Source of the DNA: an uncultured Methanosarcinales archaeon
Lineage (GTDB): Archaea; Nanobdellota; Nanobdellia; Woesearchaeales; DSVV01
Assembly: GCA_964593285.1 (NCBI GenBank)
Contig: CAZQHZ010000013.1
Location: 1-37,686, forward strand
DNA: 37,686 bases
Direction: 5' to 3'
The notes below the pieces were generated by a model that was not told where the DNA came from, did not search any database, and saw nothing but the letters and a program-made list of their open reading frames with translations. This document shows positions 1-8,224 of the stretch, piece by piece. Position 1 is the first letter of the stretch, and every line of letters starts with the position of its first letter. Made by a program: the position numbers and the translations under genes.

Positions 1-9
1 AATAAAAAC

Positions 10-900
10 TTATTTTACAGGAATAAATTCATCACTTCCCATTTTCAAAGGATAATCATTCCATGGTCCTTCGCAAACTTCATAATACCTACATTCTTTA
101 CATTGAGAAAATTTAATTTTTCCATCAGTTTTTCTCTGAGCTGTAAAATCATTAGTATTTTGAAAATCTTTTCCTCTAATTTCTGTTTCTGGAATTATTT
201 TTTCAGCAATATAATTTTCATACCCTTTCATCATACATAAAGGAATTGCTTCTGTCATAACTTTAATATTAGCAGAAATTCCAACATCCAATCCCTTTTT
301 TACATAAGGCATAATTTCTGACATTTTTGGAACAACTTTTTCATAATTTGTCCAAGCATTACCCATCGCATGAACAAAAGCAAATTGAAATTGATGTACA
401 TCCAATTCAACAAATAATTTCGCAATTTTTTCTAAATCTTTATAGTTATCTTTTACAACCACAGTATTCATAACAACTCTTGAATTTAATTTTCTCAAAT
501 TTTTAATACCCATTGTAATTTGTTTAAAGCTACCTTTTGCATTAGTTAAAGAATCATGTTGATTTGCACAATAGCCATGTAATGCTAATGCAAATTCACT
601 AGCTCCAGCAACAATTGCCTTTTTACAAAAATCTAAAGAATAAAACATCCTTCCATTAGACTGAATTTGTATATATTGATAACCTATCTTTTTTGCAATA
701 TTTATTAATTTAAAAAAATCCTTTCTAATAGTAACTTCGCCTCCAGTAAAAGTAACCATTTGACATCTATCCTTACAATCAAGTAAATTATTTTTTATTT
801 CTTCAAAAGTTCTATTCCCAGTACATTTATTATCTGCTTGAACACAAAAAACACAATTATTATTACAAATAAATCCTGTTTTAATATCTACTCTTCTCAT
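10..900 (-). CDS. Radical SAM protein, HxsC-like (His-Xaa-Ser system associated family) with C-terminal Cys cluster
   Basis: CNNNCVFC cluster motif, TFTGGEVTIRKD, QIQSNGRMF, IPLC and C-terminal CKECRYYEVCEGPW..Y...G..E..P. Start moved from the TTG at 921 to the ATG at 900 (MRRVDIKTG). Confidence 0.88.
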   Translation of the reverse strand: MRRVDIKTGFICNNNCVFCVQADNKCTGNRTFEEIKNNLLDCKDRCQMVTFTGGEVTIRKDFFKLINIAKKIGYQYIQIQSNGRMFYSLDFCKKAIVAGASEFALALHGYCANQHDSLTNAKGSFKQITMGIKNLRKLNSRVVMNTVVVKDNYKDLEKIAKLFVELDVHQFQFAFVHAMGNAWTNYEKVVPKMSEIMPYVKKGLDVGISANIKVMTEAIPLCMMKGYENYIAEKIIPETEIRGKDFQNTNDFTAQRKTDGKIKFSQCKECRYYEVCEGPWNDYPLKMGSDEFIPVK

Positions 901-1077
901 ATAATATTTAAAAAATCTCAATTAAATATAAATTTTATGGAACTAATGAACTAAAACCTACAAAGAAATAAAATACAACTTAATAATTCAATAAATTAAT
1001 AATGCCAAACAAAAACTAATAAAATAATCAATTTAATTACTAAGATTTATAAATAAATTAATTTCTCAACTATTTTA

Positions 1078-1752
1078 ATGGAAAAATCAGAAATTTTTGA
1101 AATATATGAAGAAAAAACTAATAAAAAACGAAAAATATACACAAAATCATTATTACCTGGGAAAAAAGTTTATGATGAAATTATCAAAAAAAAAGGTAAT
1201 ACTGAATTTAGAGAATGGAATCCAAAAAAAAGTAAATTAGCAGCAGCTATTATGAAAGGTGTAAAAAATATTTTTATTAGAAAAGATGATATTATTTTAT
1301 ATCTTGGAGCATCAACTGGAACTACTGTTTCTCATGTATCAGATATTGTTGGCAGTAACGGAATGATTTTTGCATTAGATTTTGCACCAAGAGTTGTTAG
1401 AGAACTAGTTTTTTTATGTAATGATAGAAATAATATAGCACCATTACTAGAAGATGCATTCCATCCAGAAAATTATAAAGATAAAATAATACAAAACGTA
1501 GATGTTATTTTTCAAGATATTGCACAAAAAAATCAAGTTGAAATATTTATTAAAAATGTTGAAATGTTTTTAAAAAATGGAGGATATGCAATAATTGCAA
1601 TAAAATCTCGAAGTATTGATGTATCAAAAAAACCAAAAGAAGTATTTAAAAATATAAGAGAAAAATTAGAAAAAAAAATAACAATTATTGATTCAAGAAT
1701 ACTAGATCCATTTGAAAAAGATCACATGATTTTCTTTTGTAAAAAAAAATAA
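1078..1752 (+). CDS. flpA: Fibrillarin-like rRNA/tRNA 2'-O-methyltransferase (archaeal box C/D RNP)
   Basis: FREWNPKKSKLAAAI, ILYLGASTGTTVSHVSDIVG, DVIFQDIAQKNQ, IKSRSIDV and LDPFEKDH are fibrillarin signatures. Confidence 0.96.
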   Translation: MEKSEIFEIYEEKTNKKRKIYTKSLLPGKKVYDEIIKKKGNTEFREWNPKKSKLAAAIMKGVKNIFIRKDDIILYLGASTGTTVSHVSDIVGSNGMIFALDFAPRVVRELVFLCNDRNNIAPLLEDAFHPENYKDKIIQNVDVIFQDIAQKNQVEIFIKNVEMFLKNGGYAIIAIKSRSIDVSKKPKEVFKNIREKLEKKITIIDSRILDPFEKDHMIFFCKKK

Positions 1753-1786
1753 ATTTAAATAAACTATTAAAAAACTTAACTTTTGA

Positions 1787-2386
1787 ATGATTATCAATTT
1801 AAAAAAAATAAATTTTTTAAAACTAGACTTTTTAATTCTACTATTATTCATAATATTCTTTATTTTTATAAGACAAGATTATGCAGTAAGTTTAATATTT
1901 ATTTTTTTACTATTCTATTTAATTTACACAAAAAGAATTAATTTATTAGCCTATCTACTAATTTCTTTCTTTATATCATTTATTTGGATGTTTTTTGCAT
2001 ATGAATACTATTTATATAACCAAGAATTCATATCAATATTTAAAATTAGTATTTTTCCGTTATTTGCATGGACATGTGGGATGTTTTTATTATACAATCT
2101 ATATCATAGAACAATTAAAATAAAAAATGAAATATTAAAATTTTTTTTATTTGTACTAATTTATAGCATTTTTTTAATAATTGTAGAAACAATAGGATAT
2201 CATTTATTAGATATTAAAAATGATTTAACAACAATATATCCTGGAATTTCTTTTTGTAACTGTATTCATGCACCAAGATGGATGCAAATTTCATATTTTC
2301 TACTTGGTCCAATTTATTATTTATCATCAAAAACTTATATTATATTAACAAACAAAACTTTAAAATCTAAAAATAAACACAAATAA
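1787..2386 (+). CDS. Hypothetical polytopic membrane protein
   Basis: About 5-6 hydrophobic segments, FPLFAW and CNCIHAP motifs. No family recognised. Confidence 0.7.
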   Translation: MIINLKKINFLKLDFLILLLFIIFFIFIRQDYAVSLIFIFLLFYLIYTKRINLLAYLLISFFISFIWMFFAYEYYLYNQEFISIFKISIFPLFAWTCGMFLLYNLYHRTIKIKNEILKFFLFVLIYSIFLIIVETIGYHLLDIKNDLTTIYPGISFCNCIHAPRWMQISYFLLGPIYYLSSKTYIILTNKTLKSKNKHK

Positions 2387-2415
2387 AAAATTTATAAATT
2401 TAAAATAAATATTAA

Positions 2416-5400
2416 TTATTTCATATTTTTCTTTATATTATCTAATTCACCCAAAACCGTTTTAATTTCTTCTTTAGAATAATTTCCTTTTTTAAGCAAT
2501 GCTTTTATATGATATTTTGACATGTTCTCTTTTAAACAATTTTCAATATATTTTCTTAATTCATCACTAATTTTGGTACTACCTAAATTATTATTACCAT
2601 TATTATCATCATTATTATTATTATTATTTAAAAAATAGTTTTTAAAATTTGTTTTAATTATTTCATCAATTAACTCAAAACTATTATTATTATCAATTAA
2701 AATTTTTTTTATATTTTCTATACTATTACCTTGATCTAATTGAGCTTTTATATAATTAATAAGATTGTTTTTATATTCAGCATCTAAACCATCAGTAGTT
2801 TGAGTTTTAAAATCATTATTTTTAAAATCTTTCTTGGTTGTTTTTTCTTGAGTTTCAAAAGAATTATCAACACTATTATCTTCGTTTTCATTACCATTAA
2901 CATTTTTATTATTAATATCATTTCTGTTATTATTTGTATTATTTATATTACCAGATTTATTAACATTTTTTTTATCAACATCTAATTCTAGTAACTTTTG
3001 ATCAATTTCATCTTCTAAATAACCATTTAATAATAATGTCTGTTTAATCTCTTCAAGACTATAATTTTGATTTAATCCAAATAAAATATATTCATTTAAT
3101 CCATCATCTTGTTCAATTTTTAAAGAAACAAATTTATTTTTAACATTATTTTCATCATGACCTGCATTAACTAAAGATTTAATAATTTCTTCATTACTTA
3201 AACCATATTTCTTTGAATTGACAATGTATTTTGCTAATTCATCATTTTCATCATATTTTATATTATCAAATTGAGATTCATTAACATTAGTAGCCAAAGA
3301 TTGAGAAGAAAGAGAAGCTACATTATCTGTAGCTTCTCTTGAATGTGTATGTTGTTTTGGTAAAACAGCATTTGGATCATGTTGGGGATGTTTGCCTGCT
3401 TTAAAGACAAAAAATGCTGTTGTTCCACCACCCACAACTACTACACATAAAATGAGTATAATAAACCAAAAATAATTAGTTTTATCTTCTTCATCAACAA
3501 CTTCTGTTGGTAAATCTTCTGTGATTTTTGAATCATTTAATTTTTTATCTTCACTATCATTTAACTCTGAATCCAAATTATCTTTTGTTTCTATTTTTTC
3601 ACCAGTTATTGCAAAAGAGCTTAGTTCACTTAATTCAGAAACAAAATAAATATGATTTGTTTCATCTTTTAATTTTTTAGTATTAACTTTATTCCATTGA
3701 TTTTGATATTTTTGAAGTGTAATTGTATTAACATCAATATTATTGTTGTTGATCCAAGATTTTTCAACTTTAAATTCTAATCTAATATTTTCAAGTTCAC
3801 TATTAGTAAAATTTTCTTTAACTAAAGAAAAAAATTCATAACTATTTTCTTTTGGTTTAATTGTAATTGATGATGAATCTTCTTTAACTAAAATTAAACC
3901 TATATTAGATTTATTTTTATTTGTCTTTAAAATAATTTTATTTATTGAAATATTTTTATCAATTTCAATTTCATTTTCTTCATTTTTATTTATTTGAGCA
4001 AAAGGAAAATATAATGTGTTATCATCTTCTTTTTTTTCTTTCTTTTCTTTCTCTTCATTATTTAACTCTATAGAAGAATTAACATTAAAATTAATTTCAT
4101 AATGATCAGTCATAGTATTATTTTTTTCATCTTGACATAACACATAATAAGTATAATTTTTGTTCTCTAAATTTTCAAGTTGAAATGTATGTTTTTTTTG
4201 AGAAGCAATAAATTTATAATCTAATTCATTAAAATTTTTTGCAGTTTTTGATAATTTACAGTTTGAATCTTTATTTGTATTAACAACTAGATCAATATTT
4301 CGAGTTTTAATTGTACCGTTTGGAAAAGAATTAACAATAGTTGGAGGAGTTATATCTTTTAAACTAAAAGTAATATTTTCAAAAACTTCATTTTCCGCAT
4401 CATCAAAACAATTTAACATTAATCTATAATCCCCATCATCAAAACATCTATCAAAATCATTTATAAGAGTAAATTCTTCATAATTACAATCAAAAATACA
4501 AAATTCATTATCTAATTCACAATTATCTGAACAAAGATCAGAATCATCATAACAATTTTCTCGCTCATCAGCATTACTTGCATCCAAGATGCATTCATCC
4601 CATTCATCACGACAATTATCATTACATTGAATTTCTTGTTCATCACAACCATCATAACATTTATCTCTACTATCACTATCTTGAATATTACCAGATAGCA
4701 ACCTTGAATACTTATTTAAATCACATTCATCTTTACATTCTTCCTCTTCATCCCTACATTCAGTTCTTTCAGCAGAAGAATCAGCTCTATCATCACATCT
4801 CTCATAATAATTAGTACATCGATTAGTACACCTATTAAATCTATCTTCTAAAACATATTCTAATTCAAAATCACATTGCCCTTCATCATCCAAACTAATA
4901 TTTATAACTAAATCTGTACAATCATCTATTTGAGAATCATCAAGAGGCATATTTACAAACATCCTTGGAGGAGTTAAATCTACAAAAAAAACTCGTTTAA
5001 TTTCTCTAGTATTTCCTTTTTTATCTTTTGCAACAATACTAATATTATATTCTCCTTCAGATAACTCTGAAGTTGTAAATTTATAAATTAAAGATGATGC
5101 ATCATCTAAGGACATTGAATTTTCGGTTCCTGAATTAATTTTTATTTTTGGAAATCCTTGATACATCTCTTCATCTACTTTTACAAAAATTTCTTGAATT
5201 TGAATATTTGTCTTTGCATTATTTTTAATTGTATCACTTGTAAAAGAAATTGTTGGAGAAACTGTATCGTTTACTTTAAAAAATACTTTTTTACTACTAG
5301 TAATACTGTTTTCAATCTTAGTGCATTCTATTTCAAAGAAAAAATCATCTTCGTTGGTTGAATCTTTTTGTGCAGTAAAATTTTTTTCATGTAATAAATT

Positions 5401-6252
5401 ATTAGATGAAACCATTTCATAATTTGTATTAACAACTGAATTTGAAATTTTATGAGAAGTAACAACACAATTACTTTCATAATCAGTATTTAAACTTAAT
5501 AAAATATTATTCCATTCATTAAATAAAGTATTATTATTAAAAGAAGGTGAATTAAATGTAATAATTGAAGGAGTTAAATCTAAATTTTGATCTGTTTTTT
5601 CACTATACGAACCATATTCTTCACAAACATTATCAGTATTACACAAGGTAATATTAAAATAATATCTTGTATTATTTGATAAATTCTCCAATAAATAAAC
5701 ATGATTTTTTTTAAAATCATTTTTTTCTAAATTATAACTTAAATTATTTTCATTTGTTCCATAATATAGTGTAGAATTAGCAATTTTATCTACAGAAATT
5801 AAAAATGTAATAGAATCATTTGTAACATTGTCTGTTCCAACAGAGTCTTTTTTTGGAGGTGTTTCATCAATTAAAATTTGAATTATATCTGTTTCGTTTG
5901 TAAAACTACTATTGATTGTGCTATTACATGAAATATTATAACTATAATTTCCTAAAGTTATAAAACTTCTATTATAAACAAATAAATTTAAAGTATCATT
6001 ATAAACCATTTCATCATACAAATCATTAAATGAAATATTACAGTTTGAATTATTAATTTTTAGAGAATTATTTGTATAATTTGCATAAAAATAAGCTTGC
6101 TGATTACTAATAATTGTTTCATTTATGGTAGAATCAAAAATATCTAATGTAACATTATTAAAACCAAACGAAAAAAAACTATTTAAACATAATAAAAATA
6201 TGAAAGAAAAAAATAAAATAATAGTTTTTTGAAAATTTTTAAAATTAATCAT
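2416..6252 (-). CDS. Large membrane-anchored surface protein: signal peptide, Ig/FN3-like repeats, Cys-rich insert, PGF-pre-PGF-like domain, TM helix, cytoplasmic helical repeats
   Basis: N-terminal hydrophobic signal, repeated DxTPP/DTVSP domain junctions and many N-x-S/T sequons. FKVEKSWINNNNID...LQKYQNQW...FVSELSELSSFAITG resembles PGF-pre-PGF. TM segment YFWFIILILCVVVVGGGTTAFFVF. Confidence 0.85.
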   Translation of the reverse strand: MINFKNFQKTIILFFSFIFLLCLNSFFSFGFNNVTLDIFDSTINETIISNQQAYFYANYTNNSLKINNSNCNISFNDLYDEMVYNDTLNLFVYNRSFITLGNYSYNISCNSTINSSFTNETDIIQILIDETPPKKDSVGTDNVTNDSITFLISVDKIANSTLYYGTNENNLSYNLEKNDFKKNHVYLLENLSNNTRYYFNITLCNTDNVCEEYGSYSEKTDQNLDLTPSIITFNSPSFNNNTLFNEWNNILLSLNTDYESNCVVTSHKISNSVVNTNYEMVSSNNLLHEKNFTAQKDSTNEDDFFFEIECTKIENSITSSKKVFFKVNDTVSPTISFTSDTIKNNAKTNIQIQEIFVKVDEEMYQGFPKIKINSGTENSMSLDDASSLIYKFTTSELSEGEYNISIVAKDKKGNTREIKRVFFVDLTPPRMFVNMPLDDSQIDDCTDLVINISLDDEGQCDFELEYVLEDRFNRCTNRCTNYYERCDDRADSSAERTECRDEEEECKDECDLNKYSRLLSGNIQDSDSRDKCYDGCDEQEIQCNDNCRDEWDECILDASNADERENCYDDSDLCSDNCELDNEFCIFDCNYEEFTLINDFDRCFDDGDYRLMLNCFDDAENEVFENITFSLKDITPPTIVNSFPNGTIKTRNIDLVVNTNKDSNCKLSKTAKNFNELDYKFIASQKKHTFQLENLENKNYTYYVLCQDEKNNTMTDHYEINFNVNSSIELNNEEKEKKEKKEDDNTLYFPFAQINKNEENEIEIDKNISINKIILKTNKNKSNIGLILVKEDSSSITIKPKENSYEFFSLVKENFTNSELENIRLEFKVEKSWINNNNIDVNTITLQKYQNQWNKVNTKKLKDETNHIYFVSELSELSSFAITGEKIETKDNLDSELNDSEDKKLNDSKITEDLPTEVVDEEDKTNYFWFIILILCVVVVGGGTTAFFVFKAGKHPQHDPNAVLPKQHTHSREATDNVASLSSQSLATNVNESQFDNIKYDENDELAKYIVNSKKYGLSNEEIIKSLVNAGHDENNVKNKFVSLKIEQDDGLNEYILFGLNQNYSLEEIKQTLLLNGYLEDEIDQKLLELDVDKKNVNKSGNINNTNNNRNDINNKNVNGNENEDNSVDNSFETQEKTTKKDFKNNDFKTQTTDGLDAEYKNNLINYIKAQLDQGNSIENIKKILIDNNNSFELIDEIIKTNFKNYFLNNNNNNDDNNGNNNLGSTKISDELRKYIENCLKENMSKYHIKALLKKGNYSKEEIKTVLGELDNIKKNMK

Positions 6253-6539
6253 TTGCTACCACCAGAAGTAATATTATCATCAACAATAACTTTTCTTATA
6301 GTATATGGAATATTCCAAATTCGAATAAACTGATCCATATCATCTTTATATTTTTGAGGAACTAATAAAACAGTTCTTCCAAGATGCTCAATTTTCATTT
6401 CTTTAACAATCCCAGATTTTCCATCCCTTCCTTTTAATGCATAATAAAATCGAACCTTATCATTTTTACTAAAATGTTTAGTAGAATAAGTATAAATTAA
6501 CATTTTTTTACTTGACTTAATATAATCATCAAATTCCAT
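6249..6539 (-). CDS. Small conserved archaeal hypothetical protein, possibly Cas2/VapD-like ferredoxin fold
   Basis: KVRFYYALKGRDGKSGI...LGRTVLLVP...FIRIWNIPY. Its stop overlaps the start of the surface-protein gene (ATGA). Start placed at ATG 6539, 28 nt downstream of TTTATATA (minus strand 6567-6574). The fold assignment is inference. Confidence 0.7.
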   Translation of the reverse strand: MEFDDYIKSSKKMLIYTYSTKHFSKNDKVRFYYALKGRDGKSGIVKEMKIEHLGRTVLLVPQKYKDDMDQFIRIWNIPYTIRKVIVDDNITSGGSK

Positions 6540-6582
6540 TATTAAAATATATATTAACATATCTACTATATAAAACTTTTGC

Positions 6583-7110
6583 TGATTACTTATTTAACAA
6601 AATTATTTAAAAAATTTGTTAATTTATTTAACATAAAAGATTAAATTTACTTTTAAAAATAATTAAACTAATTTAAATAAAAATAAAAAAGTTAGTTTAA
6701 CTAACAATAAAAGATAAAAAATACTTAAAATTTAAATAAATAATAATATTTATAGTAAATAGATTAACAAAATAACTTTAAAAATTTATTTAAGTTATAA
6801 TTAAACTAAAAATAACAAAAATATTTGTTAAATAAACAAACAAAAAAACATTTTTTATCAATTATAATTAAATAATATTAAAAAAAATTATAAGAAAATA
6901 ATTTTTATTTAACTAAAAACTTATTTAAATTTAATACTGTTAAATTAATTAACAAAAATAATTAAAAATAAATCCAAAATTAAATTATAATATCAATTTT
7001 GTTAAATAAATTAACATAATTTAAAAATAAGATTGTTAAATAAAACAACTTTTAATAATAAATAAATAAAATTAATTAAATAATTTAACAAAAATCAATC
7101 AAGTTTAACA
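6583..7110. repeat. Dispersed array of 17-bp palindromes, consensus TGTTAA-N5-TTAACA
   Basis: Perfect copies at 6617-6633, 6938-6954 and 7000-7016, a covariant copy AGTTAG-TTTAA-CTAACA at 6690-6706, and degenerate copies starting at 6583, 6753, 6826, 7034 and 7074. Confidence 0.75.
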
Positions 7111-7205
7111 AGAACAATAAAATAGTCATTTTAAAGGCAAGATAATTTTTATAAAAAATATACAAAACAAATAAATTAAAAAAGATTAAAATATATTAAT
7201 TTGAT

Positions 7206-8183
7206 ATGTTTGAATATTTATTTTTAATTGTAGGCATTTTTTTATTATTAAAAGGTGCAAATTATTTAGTAGATGGTGCATCAATTTTTGCACAAAAAAT
7301 TAAAGTTTCCGCTTTAATAATTGGATTAACAATAGTTGCATTTGGAACATCTATGCCAGAATTAATAGTTAATATTTTTGCAACACTTAAAAATTCAAAT
7401 GGGATTATTTTAGGAAATATTATTGGAAGTAACTTAGCAAATATTTTGTTAGTTTTTGGAATTTGTGCAATAATTTATCAAATAAAACTTAAAAAAACAA
7501 CAATTTGGAAAGAATTACCTTTCTCAGTCCTTGCCGTAGTATTATTACTTATATTCACTAATTATTTTATAATTGATAGCATTGTTCAAAATAAAATTTT
7601 AAGAATTCATGGACTTATAATGCTCTTATTTTTTATCATTTTTCTATACTATGTTTTTGAAATTGCAAAAAAAGATAGAGAAAGTTTCAAAGAAATAACC
7701 AACAATATTGATAAAAAGATTGTTGAATTTTCAAATACAAAAACTTTTTTTTTAATAATTATAGGAATAATAAGCCTTTATTTTGGTGGAAAATTAACTG
7801 TTCAAGGAGCAATAATAATATCACAAAATCTTGGAATTAGTGAATTTTTAATATCAGCAACAATAATTGCAATTGGAACATCCTTGCCTGAATTAATTAC
7901 AGCTATAGTTGCAATCATGAAAAAAAAAGTAAATTTAGCTGTTGGAAACATTATTGGAAGCAATATTTTTAATATTTTATGGGTCCTTGGAATAACAAGT
8001 ATAATTAAGCCAATTGCATTTCCAGAATTTATTTTTATTGATTTAATGGCTCTTTTAATTGCTTCTTTTGTTTTATTTACTTTTATGTTTATTGGAAACA
8101 AACATTCAATAGATAAATGGCAAGGCGTTTTACTTATATTAATTTATATATTATATGTCAGCTACATAATTTATAGAGGGTAA
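7206..8183 (+). CDS. Calcium/sodium antiporter (CaCA family, YrbG-like)
   Basis: Two alpha repeats: GLTIVAFGTSMPEL...GNIIGSNLANI and IIAIGTSLPEL...GNIIGSNIFNI. About 10 TM helices. Confidence 0.95.
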   Translation: MFEYLFLIVGIFLLLKGANYLVDGASIFAQKIKVSALIIGLTIVAFGTSMPELIVNIFATLKNSNGIILGNIIGSNLANILLVFGICAIIYQIKLKKTTIWKELPFSVLAVVLLLIFTNYFIIDSIVQNKILRIHGLIMLLFFIIFLYYVFEIAKKDRESFKEITNNIDKKIVEFSNTKTFFLIIIGIISLYFGGKLTVQGAIIISQNLGISEFLISATIIAIGTSLPELITAIVAIMKKKVNLAVGNIIGSNIFNILWVLGITSIIKPIAFPEFIFIDLMALLIASFVLFTFMFIGNKHSIDKWQGVLLILIYILYVSYIIYRG

Positions 8184-8224
8184 AACAAACAATAATTTAA
8201 TGATTTAAATTTAAATATCATTAA

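Noticed and set aside
6583..7110. CRISPR array next to a possible Cas2-like gene
   Set aside because: Repeats are only 17-bp degenerate dyads with variable centres and irregular spacing (34-112 bp). The intervening DNA is low-complexity A/T, and no other cas genes are present.
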